DNA of 64,000 nt, taken from positions 64,001 to 128,000 of the forward strand of contig CAVSGG010000006.1 of the NCBI GenBank assembly GCA_963727455.1, in the 5' to 3' direction. The translations under genes were made by a program, and so were the position numbers. Below the pieces are notes generated by a model. That model was not told where the DNA came from. It was given only the letters and a program-made list of their open reading frames with translations, and ran no database searches. Within the stretch, counting starts at the first letter, position 1; the number at the start of each line of letters is the position of its first letter. The DNA comes from Candidatus Krumholzibacteriota bacterium (GTDB lineage Bacteria > Krumholzibacteriota > Krumholzibacteriia > JAJRXK01). Shown here one piece after another: positions 17,660 to 26,454 of this stretch.

Positions 17660-18793
17660 TTACTCCAACCCCACCACATGAAAAGTCGACAGCTGACTCC
17701 CCGGAAGACTCACATAGGACTGAGCGGCGTACCAGAACTTGGCTCCATCGAAAGCGAGGCCCTCGGGAAACGGCCCGTTGACTTCGTCAGGCAGGTGATA
17801 CACGGCCACCGTCTTCCCCGTGTGGTCGATCTGGTAGAGGTTACTCAGGAACCAACCCACGCTCCAAAAATAGCCGTTGGCGTATTCGAGGTGGCTGAGA
17901 TCGCAAACCGAAATGGGAACGGTTTCCACCACGCTGCCCGAAGCATCCAGACGATACAGCGCCTCGCTGCCCGGCCCGAGGTTCCACACCGAACTGCCGT
18001 CGTAGGTCAGACCCGAGGAGCGCATGGGAATCCCAACTCTTTGCGTGATCGTTCCATCAGGGGTGAAGCGGATGAGGTCGGCCTCGTTGCGCGTTCCCGT
18101 TCCGTCGGTAATGGAGGTAGGCAGCGTGCCCCACAACTCGCTGCTACTTGCGGCGAGATCATGGCTCGTCCAGAAGGCATCGTTTTCCAGCAGCACCAAG
18201 ACGGTGTCATCGAACGCGTCCGCGGTTAGGGGCATCGTGAAATAGCCATATCCCAAAGTGCTGATCCACAGATGATCACCCATGACCGCCAGCCCCTTGA
18301 TGTCGTTGGGAACTTCTCGATTGGAATCGAGGGCGAGTTCACCGAGCTGTTGCTTCTCCGCCTGCATCGACGCTTCGAGTCCAGCGGTTGGCAGACTGAA
18401 GGTGCCGTTGAATCTCGTCGAGGCACCGGACACCTCTCCCGCCAATGCAAATGTGAACAGGTAGGGATGGGAATCGTAATCGAGCGCCAGGTGCAAGCTG
18501 TCACCATCGCTCGTGCCACTGAGATCGAAGAAGTGCCAGCTATCATTCCCTCCTCGATCGCGCAGTACGATTTGACCCTTCACCACGCTTCCGGTGCGCG
18601 TGAGGTCCAGCAGCAGCCCTCCGTTCTGCGTGTGATCGAGGCTTTCGTAAGTGCCCTGCCAGAACTCGGCCGTGGTTGGGTAGCTGAAGTTCTCGGGTCC
18701 GGTGCCGTCGTCGTCGCACCCGAACTGTAGCAGGCTGAAAATGAGAATCAGTGGTAGGTAGGTGAGACTAAAATTACGGCGGGCGAAAAGCAT
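17660..18793 (-). CDS. Lipoprotein with a C-terminal beta-propeller (glutaminyl-cyclase/YncE-like)
   Basis: Lipobox QFGC; repeated blade motifs GLAVMGDHLW, GLTYDGSSVW, LEYANGYFW, EGLAFDGAKFW. Confidence 0.7.
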   Translation of the reverse strand: MLFARRNFSLTYLPLILIFSLLQFGCDDDGTGPENFSYPTTAEFWQGTYESLDHTQNGGLLLDLTRTGSVVKGQIVLRDRGGNDSWHFFDLSGTSDGDSLHLALDYDSHPYLFTFALAGEVSGASTRFNGTFSLPTAGLEASMQAEKQQLGELALDSNREVPNDIKGLAVMGDHLWISTLGYGYFTMPLTADAFDDTVLVLLENDAFWTSHDLAASSSELWGTLPTSITDGTGTRNEADLIRFTPDGTITQRVGIPMRSSGLTYDGSSVWNLGPGSEALYRLDASGSVVETVPISVCDLSHLEYANGYFWSVGWFLSNLYQIDHTGKTVAVYHLPDEVNGPFPEGLAFDGAKFWYAAQSYVSLPGSQLSTFHVVGLE

Positions 18794-18988
18794 GGCGCGT
18801 CCTTCTTGTTGAGGAAGCGTCGACCAGGGACTCGATTCTAGCGAAAATCCCGCGCGGCAGGCAAGCCGACAGTTCAAAGCCAGCTTATGGCCCAGGAATC
18901 GGCCAATCCTTGCTCGAAGACCAGCAGAACCCCTATCATTGCGTACACACGCGGCAGCCGTCCTTCATCCTAGATTTTGGGAGAGCCC

Positions 18989-20152
18989 ATGCGACGCCCC
19001 CCCAAGCTGCTTTCGATCCTGACGGCCGCCCTCTTCGGCTCGCTCTTCGCTGCGAGTTGTTCCAACGACTCCACGACGACTCCTCCCACACCCGAGTTCG
19101 TCAGCCCCTGGGTCGAGATCGCCCTTCCCGACACACTTCCCAAGAGCGTATTGATGGGCATTGCCTTTTCGGGAACACGCGGACTCGCGTTGGGTGCGCA
19201 GGGAAGCTCTCAGGGATACGTGCTCGAATTCAACGGGACGAGTTGGCAGCCGCAGCAACTTCCCACCGACGTGAACGATTTTCCTCTGGCCGTGGCCATG
19301 GACTCCGCGGGCAAAGGTGTGGTCGTCGGCGCCCGCTCCGACGGAGGAGGTTCTCCGGTTGTCTTCGCGGAGCGCCCCGATTGGACTCGCGTGGATCTGC
19401 CGATGGTCTTCGGTGGACTGCAGTGCGTCGCGGTCGACGCCTCCGGCACTTTTCTGGCCGCGGGACCCGGAGGCTCCACCGTGCTCGCCCTCAGTGGCAC
19501 CGCGACCGGAAGCTGGACGCAACTCTCCATTCCCTTGCCAGGGGATCCCCAGGAGAAGGCCCTGGTGGATCTCGCCTCGCGCGACGGCACCTGGGCGGGC
19601 TGTGGATTCGACGACGGGGGACAGGGCGACGAGAATTCCCCCTTCTCCGTCGTGCTCATGAATGACGGAACGGGCTGGGATCTGCTCCCTGGCCCAGGTT
19701 GTGGAGCCTGCGGCAGCCGCGAATACCGCGCGGTGGCTCTCAACGCGCAGGGCGCTCTTCTGCTGGGAGGCGCCATCACCGATTTCTCCGCCGGGGCCGA
19801 CGATGAATACACCGCGTTCCTCGCGCTCTACGATCCCGGCAGCGAAAGCTGGACGGAGATCGTCCTTCCCGCCCCGGGCGTGCTCGATCGAGTCAACGAC
19901 ATCCTGGTGACGTCCACCGGCGATGTCTATCTGGCCTGTGGGCTGGCCCACCAGTCCTTGATCCATCACGAGCCGACGGGCAAGACCACCGTCGAATGGA
20001 GCAGCAGTGAGGAGTCGATCACGAGCCTGGCCGAGGACGCCTTGGGAAACGTCTACGCGGTCGGCGTGCACAATGAGAGAGTCGTGGGTGACCCGCCCGG
20101 CACCTATCGCATCGGCCCCCCGTTCATGCTGCAACGGCCGGCCGAACTCTGA
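18989..20152 (+). CDS. Beta-propeller-like lipoprotein, paralog 1
   Basis: Lipobox AASC; W-spaced repeats; CGFDDG, GCGACGSR and YLACG motifs shared with the next gene. Confidence 0.75.
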   Translation: MRRPPKLLSILTAALFGSLFAASCSNDSTTTPPTPEFVSPWVEIALPDTLPKSVLMGIAFSGTRGLALGAQGSSQGYVLEFNGTSWQPQQLPTDVNDFPLAVAMDSAGKGVVVGARSDGGGSPVVFAERPDWTRVDLPMVFGGLQCVAVDASGTFLAAGPGGSTVLALSGTATGSWTQLSIPLPGDPQEKALVDLASRDGTWAGCGFDDGGQGDENSPFSVVLMNDGTGWDLLPGPGCGACGSREYRAVALNAQGALLLGGAITDFSAGADDEYTAFLALYDPGSESWTEIVLPAPGVLDRVNDILVTSTGDVYLACGLAHQSLIHHEPTGKTTVEWSSSEESITSLAEDALGNVYAVGVHNERVVGDPPGTYRIGPPFMLQRPAEL

Positions 20153-20166
20153 TCCGGAGGCAGTTC

Positions 20167-21318
20167 ATGCGCACGGCCAGCAAGTACTTGATCCTTCTCA
20201 TCACGATCCTGCTGGCCTCGGTCCTTGGGCTGGCCTGTTCCGATGACGGGACCGGTCCGGGGTCCGAGAAAAGTCCCTGGAAAGCGTTCGCTCTTCCCGA
20301 CAGCCTCCCTCCGAGCAATCTCACGAGTATCGCAGTCACAGATGCTCGGGTTCTCGTGCTAGGTGCTACCGGAACGAGCGGCACGAAGCCGGACTACCTG
20401 CTCGAGTCCGACATTTCCCACTGGACCGCGCACACGCTCCCCGTCGACTCGAACGACTTCCTCTTCGGCGTGGCCATGGATGCCGCGGGCAAGGGAGTCA
20501 TCGTCGGCGCCAACGCTTCCGGCGGCGGTTCGCCCGTTGTCATGGCGGAACGTCCTGGCTGGACGCGGGTGACTCTCCCCGTGACGAGCCACGACCTACG
20601 CGCGGTGGCGGTCGACCCAAGCTCGGGCACCTTTCGAGCCACCGGGTCGACTGGTTCGAACCTGCTCGTGCTCTCCGGAACAGCAGATGGAAGCTGGACG
20701 ACAGTCTTGACCCCGTCGCTCGGCGATCCCCAAGACAAGAGCCTGGTCGATGTGGCATATGGTTCGGGAACCTGGGTGGCCTGCGGATTCGACGACGGTG
20801 CCGACGGTACGGAAGATTCTCCCTTCTCATTGGTGCTCATGGACGACGGCAGCGGTTGGACGCTGCTCAAAGGGATCGGATGCGGCGCCTGTGGATCTCG
20901 TAAGTATTACGCAGTCGCCGTCAACCAGGCCGGCGCCATTCTGCTGGGTGGGGCGATCACCGACAATTCCGCCGGGGCCGCCGACGAGTTGGTGGCCTTT
21001 CTCTCGCAGTACGACCCCGCGCACGATAAGTGGAGCGAGATCTGGCTGCCCGAGGCGGGCGCCCTCGACCAGGTCAATGACATCCTGGTGGCCGAGAGCG
21101 GCGACATCTATCTGGCCTGCGGGGAGTCCTCGGCGGCGCTGGTCCGGATCGCCGCAGCGGGCGGAGCCACCATCGAGTGGCACAGCAGCGAGGTGATCCT
21201 GCAGGCCCTCGCCGAAAGTTGGAGAGGGGACATCTTCGCGGTGGGTTCCAAGGGACCCGCCAACGAGTTTCCGCGAGACCCGTACATGCTCTGGCGCCCG
21301 CTGCGGCTCGTGTACTGA
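20167..21318 (+). CDS. Beta-propeller-like lipoprotein, paralog 2
   Basis: GGAGG RBS; lipobox GLAC; collinear similarity to 18989-20152. Confidence 0.75.
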   Translation: MRTASKYLILLITILLASVLGLACSDDGTGPGSEKSPWKAFALPDSLPPSNLTSIAVTDARVLVLGATGTSGTKPDYLLESDISHWTAHTLPVDSNDFLFGVAMDAAGKGVIVGANASGGGSPVVMAERPGWTRVTLPVTSHDLRAVAVDPSSGTFRATGSTGSNLLVLSGTADGSWTTVLTPSLGDPQDKSLVDVAYGSGTWVACGFDDGADGTEDSPFSLVLMDDGSGWTLLKGIGCGACGSRKYYAVAVNQAGAILLGGAITDNSAGAADELVAFLSQYDPAHDKWSEIWLPEAGALDQVNDILVAESGDIYLACGESSAALVRIAAAGGATIEWHSSEVILQALAESWRGDIFAVGSKGPANEFPRDPYMLWRPLRLVY

Positions 21319-21363
21319 CGCCCGGACGCTCCGAGTGAAAATGAAAACCCAAGCCAAGGAAAA

Positions 21364-21616
21364 CGTAAAAGTGAACGGAAATTTTACGAACGCTCGTTCA
21401 CTTTGCGGGCAAATCTTTCGCGAACAGACGTCCTGCCTGTTCTTGCCCGCCGAATCGCTGGAGTTTCAGACCCTTGAAGTTGCATTATCCTTGGGCACGT
21501 GCAACTTCCCCCGAGCGGGTTCGACTCGGGAGCCGTCGGATTCGTCGTCACGGGATATCGTGCAATTGGGGCCCCTCGGTGGGAGTTTGGCGACTCCTGC
21601 CGAGGGGTGTTCTTTT
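21364..21616 (+). ncRNA. Candidate structured RNA (tandem hairpins ending in a terminator)
   Basis: At least five consecutive stems in a ~380-nt convergent intergenic gap (detailed in findings); no family recognised. Confidence 0.35.
21571..21616 (+). terminator. Rho-independent terminator
   Basis: 17-bp stem GCCCCTCGGTGGGAGTT/GACTCCTGCCGAGGGGT (G-U pairs favour the + strand) followed by GTTCTTTT. Confidence 0.65.
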
Positions 21617-21700
21617 GTCAGTTCCAGAGAGTTTGATGCGCGAGGCTGGAAAGGAGCACCCAGCCGAGAACCGGGGCGAAAACCTGACTGAAAGCCTAAC

Positions 21701-23326
21701 TCAGTGCTGGCTGATGAGTTGGGGGACGACGCCGCCCATGACCTCGTCGAAGCGCGGGCCGCGCAACAGTTCGATTTGCTTTTCGAGCAGCTGCTCCATG
21801 CTCGCGAAATCGAGTCCAATCTTCCTCCACACGAAATCGTCGTGATCTTCGACCGAGAGACCGTGGCCCGGTTGGATCTCGCAGCCGTGGTAAAGATGGG
21901 CGAAGTAGGCGCGTTCGTTTTCCTGACCCCCGCCGTACACGAGCACGTTCAAGAGCCCGTTGGTGGGAGACCAGTCGCGATCCTGGATGGGGCGCACCGC
22001 GAGGCGCGGATCCTCGAAGTACTTCTCCAGGGGACGCACCGCAGGGAGAAGCACCCGGAACAGGGCACCTTCTCCCTTTTTATTCCACATGCAGGTTGAG
22101 GCTGCTCCGTCCTCCATCTCGGGCTCGAGCACGGTGAGGTCGGGCCGGTTGAGCGCGTTGTCCGTGCCTGCGCAGAGAATTTCGGGCTTTCCATCCTCGG
22201 AGAGGTCGGCGAGGTAAGGTTGGTACATGTGCCCCGGATGTGTGTAGTGGGACAGTGGTGCTCCACTCTCACGATCGACGATCAAAAGGAAGCATGGACT
22301 GTAAAACTGTTGGTAGCAGATCGCGAGTCGCGAACCCAAAGTGAGTTTCCCCGTGCGCCAGGCCACCGAACTCACTCCCCACCCCTGATCGTAGACCGTG
22401 GTATCGAGCGTACTGTGCGTGAAGATCTCCGCGCGCGGGGGGCGCCACTTTAGCTTCCACACGAAGGAATCGGCCTCAGCGTCCCAGAGCCAGACTCTTC
22501 CTCCTTGGCTGCCACCGCGCTGGCTGGTCAAGAGCAGCCGAGGATCATCATTTGAAGGTCCCGGGAGCAACATCAGACAACCCAGCGGCGCGCCCAAGCT
22601 CGGCAGGCGAAGCGCCGGCACGAGTTGTTTCAGTGGAGGGTTCCCTTCCTCGGATTTTTGGTCCAGGCGCAAGGGGACGCCGATATAGCGCGCGTCGATG
22701 CGGCGTAGCTGAGTATTCAGGTCCATGGATGCGGAAGCTAACTGCGAAGCCTGCCGGAGTTGCTTCAGTTGAGGTAAACCCCAAATCGCGAGGGCGAGGA
22801 GCATCACGATGCCACCGGCGAAGGCTGCGCGCTTCAGCTGTTGTTTGCGCCGGTGGAAGGGAAGATCGAGCTGGGGAAGCTCGGGGAGAGTTTCGCTCTG
22901 CGCCCAGCGGAGGATGAGTCGATAGGCCTCGTGCTGGCGGTTCTTCAACGTGCGCTCGGAAAGACGAACCAGGCCCGTTTCTTTGCGCTGCGCGGAGATG
23001 ACGTCCCAGGTATCCCCGTCGAGCACGTGCCGTTTCAAGAGGGTGATGGGCGAGACATCGTCCATCATGGCGGGATGTCGTGACTCGAGTTCCTCGACTG
23101 CGATCTCGAGGGCGGTGCGGCAGATCTGCCGCACGAATTCGGGCTTGGCGGGATCGAGCCGATCCAGCCCGAGATTGCGAAAGCGCGGATAGACGCCCCA
23201 GTCGAACTCCAGCACGATCTCATAACTGCGCCGATTGAAGCGGCGCACGAGTTCGCACATCTGGCTCATTGCGGCCTGCGGCTGCAATGGCCGGACGTCG
23301 TTCCCGTCTCCCGAGGAACGGGGCAT
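21701..23326 (-). CDS. Bitopic membrane protein: cytoplasmic HTH-like domain, one TM helix, extracytoplasmic beta-propeller with an FG-GAP-like motif
   Basis: TWDVISAQ...LSERTLKNRQHEAY resembles a sigma-4-like HTH; TM AAFAGGIVMLLALAIWGL; ADLSEDGKPEILCAG. Confidence 0.65.
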   Translation of the reverse strand: MPRSSGDGNDVRPLQPQAAMSQMCELVRRFNRRSYEIVLEFDWGVYPRFRNLGLDRLDPAKPEFVRQICRTALEIAVEELESRHPAMMDDVSPITLLKRHVLDGDTWDVISAQRKETGLVRLSERTLKNRQHEAYRLILRWAQSETLPELPQLDLPFHRRKQQLKRAAFAGGIVMLLALAIWGLPQLKQLRQASQLASASMDLNTQLRRIDARYIGVPLRLDQKSEEGNPPLKQLVPALRLPSLGAPLGCLMLLPGPSNDDPRLLLTSQRGGSQGGRVWLWDAEADSFVWKLKWRPPRAEIFTHSTLDTTVYDQGWGVSSVAWRTGKLTLGSRLAICYQQFYSPCFLLIVDRESGAPLSHYTHPGHMYQPYLADLSEDGKPEILCAGTDNALNRPDLTVLEPEMEDGAASTCMWNKKGEGALFRVLLPAVRPLEKYFEDPRLAVRPIQDRDWSPTNGLLNVLVYGGGQENERAYFAHLYHGCEIQPGHGLSVEDHDDFVWRKIGLDFASMEQLLEKQIELLRGPRFDEVMGGVVPQLISQH

Positions 23327-23499
23327 GCGCTCACACCTTCCTTGCCGCGCTGGTCCCTTCGCGACGGCTGATGGACCTGGGAGAGCATTGACTGTGAGAT
23401 TCCCTGGGAGCTTAGCTCCATTGTAAAGGTCGAGGGACGGACTACAAGGGAAAGATCGGGATCAACCGCGAGAACACCGTCTTGGGGCCGTCTTCGGGC

Positions 23500-24195
23500 C
23501 TATTGCTGGTTGCTGAGATAGACCGAACCGGCCACCACCAAGTTGAGATCAATGCCCTGGATCCAGAAACTCAGCATGGGCTGGTTGAGCGCATTGCCCA
23601 CGAGGCGCGGGGGACCGTCCTTGCCCGGACTACGGCCTTCCCGCGCGGGAAACATGGCCATGCGCCGGGGGATGGCGTCTTCGCGATCGCCGGTGGCGAA
23701 GGCGCGCAGTAACTCCAGGTTCCACACCCGTGCGGGCTTGGGATCTTTGTCCAGCGGGAGCAAGAAGAGCGCGTCTCGCCAACGCTCGTGCACCGGCGCG
23801 GCCGGATCGGCCTGAATCAGCGCGTAGCGCAGGGTATAGAGCCCCAATTTCACGGGTTGATCCCGGTAGTCGAACCAGGACGCGCACACCTCGGCCACGC
23901 CGACCAGCGATCCCTCGGCAATCTCGCCGTAGGCGACATCACTGAATTTCAGCGGGGTTTTCGCCTTGTTTAGTTCCCGTACGGACCAGATGCGCAGCAC
24001 ATCCTCGCCCAGGCTGCGCACGACCATACAGCCCGGGCGCAAGGCGGCGACCAGGGCAGCCGAACATCTCGCAGGAGGGGGCGTATCGCGCAACTCGACC
24101 CCGGTAACCAGGGTGTGCGCCCGGCTCTCGGCGGACCATCCCAAAAGGCACGCGAGCAGGACCCAGAAAACGCGATACCGAAGGTGATTGCGCAT
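23500..24195 (-). CDS. Secreted hypothetical protein
   Basis: Signal peptide (SRA|H); DYRDQPVKLGLYTLRY conserved-looking core. Confidence 0.6.
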   Translation of the reverse strand: MRNHLRYRVFWVLLACLLGWSAESRAHTLVTGVELRDTPPPARCSAALVAALRPGCMVVRSLGEDVLRIWSVRELNKAKTPLKFSDVAYGEIAEGSLVGVAEVCASWFDYRDQPVKLGLYTLRYALIQADPAAPVHERWRDALFLLPLDKDPKPARVWNLELLRAFATGDREDAIPRRMAMFPAREGRSPGKDGPPRLVGNALNQPMLSFWIQGIDLNLVVAGSVYLSNQQ

Positions 24196-24366
24196 GATTG
24201 GTCGCCGGGGTTGCTAGAGGGTGGAGGGAATCAGAGCATTGCCACGCTTTGCGTTCAAGTGGCGATTGCCAGAGCCCAGGGATTCGTGTCACTCTGGGTC
24301 GTTCTCGGGAGATGGCGCATTCCCCGGGATTGACCTTCATCTTCTCCCGAGCAAGGCGTTTGACGC

Positions 24367-25926
24367 ATGGTTTCCCTTCCGCTCCTCTATTTCCTCGTCT
24401 CCGTCTCCGGTGCGAGCGTTCTCTCTCTGGAAATTCTCGGCACCCGCATCCTCGGTCCCTTCTTCGGAGTCTCCCTGTACCTGTGGTCCGCGCTGATTAC
24501 GGTTACTCTCGCCGCCCTCAGTCTGGGCTACGCTCTGGGCGGGCGCTACGCCGACCGTGGGCCCAAGTTGTCGCGCATGGCCGGGCTCCTGGCCCTGGCC
24601 GGGCTTTGGTTGCTGCTGATTCCCTGGATCAAACAACCGCTGCTGCAACTCGTAGAGCCCTTCGATCTTCGCGCCGCGGTTCTGGGCTCGGCGCTGGTAC
24701 TCTTCGCGCCACCTCTGGTTCTTCTGGGAATGGTCACTCCCTATGCCCTGCGGCTCAAAGCGCGCTCGGTGGAGCGCGTGGGGCGGGACGCAGGCAACCT
24801 CTACGCCGTCTCCACCATTGCCAGCGTGATCTCGGCCTTGGCCACCGGATTCTGGCTCATTCCGTATCTTGGCGTGCTCAGGCTCACGATTGTGGTGGCA
24901 GTGGTTCTTTTGCTGAGCGCTTCCTACGCCTTTTGGCGGGCACGCAAGGAAGGGGCGCGGGCGGATGCCGTTCTCGCCGCCACGCTTTCTCTGCTCGCAG
25001 CCCTGGGGGGAGGGACGAGTTTGACCCACGCACGAACTCTCCCGCCGGGCCTCTTGTGGGTGCACGATTCCCCGTACTCGGAAATCCGAGTCCTGGATCG
25101 TCCGGACGGAACCTATCTGCTGCTCGACGGAGGGGTGCACACGATCGCCGGCTTCGGGATGGGCGAGAGTCACCACCGCTACGTTCCTGTGCTGGAATCC
25201 TGCGAACTCATGCATCCCGAGCCGGGACGCATGCTTCTCTTGGGACTCGGAGGCGGCGTGGTCGTCCAGGCCTACCACCAGGCGGGGTGGAAGATCGACG
25301 CGGTGGAGATCGATCCTAACGTGGTGGAGGCGGCGCGAGAGTTCTTCGGACTGCGTCCCCACGACGCCAAGATCGTGGTCGATGACGCGCGGCATTTCCT
25401 ACGCGAGAGTGAAGAAAAGTGGGACCTCATTCTGGTCGACGCCTTCGGCTCGTCCTCTATTCCCTTCCACCTGGTGAGCGAGGAGTTCTTCGCGCTGGCC
25501 AAGGCGCATCTCGCCAGCAATGGCCTCCTGGCCATGAACGTCGAATGCCGGCAGTGGTACGACCCCTTGGTGGCTTCGGTGGGTCTGACCATGAAACAGG
25601 AGTTCCCGAAGGTCTGGGCACTTCCCACCCAAGAGCCACCCAACACTCTGGGAAACGTGGTGCTCTTGAGCGCGGTGGACCCGAATTTTGAGCTTCCCGA
25701 GGACAAGCTCCCCAGGCCGCTGAATTTCGTCAACGACGATTACGAGCACTGGCGCGTGGTCCAGATGAACCACGCCTGGGACAATCGCTTCGATCCGGCG
25801 AAGCTCGAGGGGGCGGAGGTCCTGAGCGACGATCGCAATCCAGTGGATCTGTGGTCCAACGCAGTCAATCGCGAAGCGCGCGTGGAATTGCGGGAGTTCT
25901 TCGGAGATTCTCCGCAGCTGCGCTGA
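24367..25926 (+). CDS. Fused membrane domain / spermidine synthase-like methyltransferase
   Basis: N-terminal TM helices (LEILGTRILGPFFG, GNLYAVSTIAS); LLGLGGG, VEIDP, DDARHFL, DLILVDAF, LSDDRNP. Confidence 0.88.
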   Translation: MVSLPLLYFLVSVSGASVLSLEILGTRILGPFFGVSLYLWSALITVTLAALSLGYALGGRYADRGPKLSRMAGLLALAGLWLLLIPWIKQPLLQLVEPFDLRAAVLGSALVLFAPPLVLLGMVTPYALRLKARSVERVGRDAGNLYAVSTIASVISALATGFWLIPYLGVLRLTIVVAVVLLLSASYAFWRARKEGARADAVLAATLSLLAALGGGTSLTHARTLPPGLLWVHDSPYSEIRVLDRPDGTYLLLDGGVHTIAGFGMGESHHRYVPVLESCELMHPEPGRMLLLGLGGGVVVQAYHQAGWKIDAVEIDPNVVEAAREFFGLRPHDAKIVVDDARHFLRESEEKWDLILVDAFGSSSIPFHLVSEEFFALAKAHLASNGLLAMNVECRQWYDPLVASVGLTMKQEFPKVWALPTQEPPNTLGNVVLLSAVDPNFELPEDKLPRPLNFVNDDYEHWRVVQMNHAWDNRFDPAKLEGAEVLSDDRNPVDLWSNAVNREARVELREFFGDSPQLR

Positions 25927-25963
25927 TCGAGAAGGCGAAGCGTTCACGCCGGGCGGAACGGGC

Positions 25964-26335
25964 TCAGTGCAGGGGTTTGATCTCGCCGGTTTCCTCGATC
26001 TCCACCGTCCAGCCTTCCAGCACCCTGGGAATTCTCTCCTCCACCTCCGGCGTCGCCGTGACCACGCCCACCTTGATGCAGGCCTCGCCCTCCGAATCGA
26101 CCCCCGCGTAGATCATGGTGACGCCGGGAATGGCCAGGATTTCTTGGTCGTGATCCGCCAGGACCTCGTTGATGGGGCGTCGCTGGGTCATCTTGACCTC
26201 CTGCGCTGGATTGGATGAGCCTCGACTCGTGTCCTCCTTCGATCCGCAGGCACCGCACACCACAGCTAGCGCGGATAGGACGAAGATCCACCGAATCGAG
26301 CTTCGTGCGCGCGCAGCCGTTGCCAAAGTCCTCAT
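25964..26335 (-). CDS. Small lipoprotein resembling a stand-alone Nal1/trypsin prodomain
   Basis: Lipobox CGAC; EILAIPGVTMIYAG...CIKVGV...IPRVLEGWTVEIEETGEIKPL. Confidence 0.7.
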   Translation of the reverse strand: MRTLATAARARSSIRWIFVLSALAVVCGACGSKEDTSRGSSNPAQEVKMTQRRPINEVLADHDQEILAIPGVTMIYAGVDSEGEACIKVGVVTATPEVEERIPRVLEGWTVEIEETGEIKPLH

Positions 26336-26376
26336 GGACAACCTCTTGGGTGGGAGCCTCTGCACGGAAGCATAGC

Positions 26377-26407
26377 AGAACGCCTGCCCCGAGGGGACAG
26401 GCGTTCT
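26377..26407 (-). terminator. Intergenic hairpin between the protease and small lipoprotein genes
   Basis: AGAACGCCTG...CAGGCGTTCT 10-bp inverted repeat with an inner CCC/GGG stem; weak U-tract. Confidence 0.5.
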
Positions 26408-26454
26408 TGCGCTTGGGAGCCACGCTGGGCGTGGCGCGTATCATTCGACCTGGT

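Noticed and set aside
18886-18915. Possible sigma-54 -24/-12 promoter (CGGCCAATCCTTGC)
   Set aside because: The GG-to-GC spacing is 9 nt rather than the required 10. I found no convincing sigma-54 promoter in the intergenic regions examined.
21510-21530. GGTTCGACTC T-loop-like motif suggesting a tRNA
   Set aside because: No acceptor stem, D arm, anticodon arm or CCA end can be built around it.
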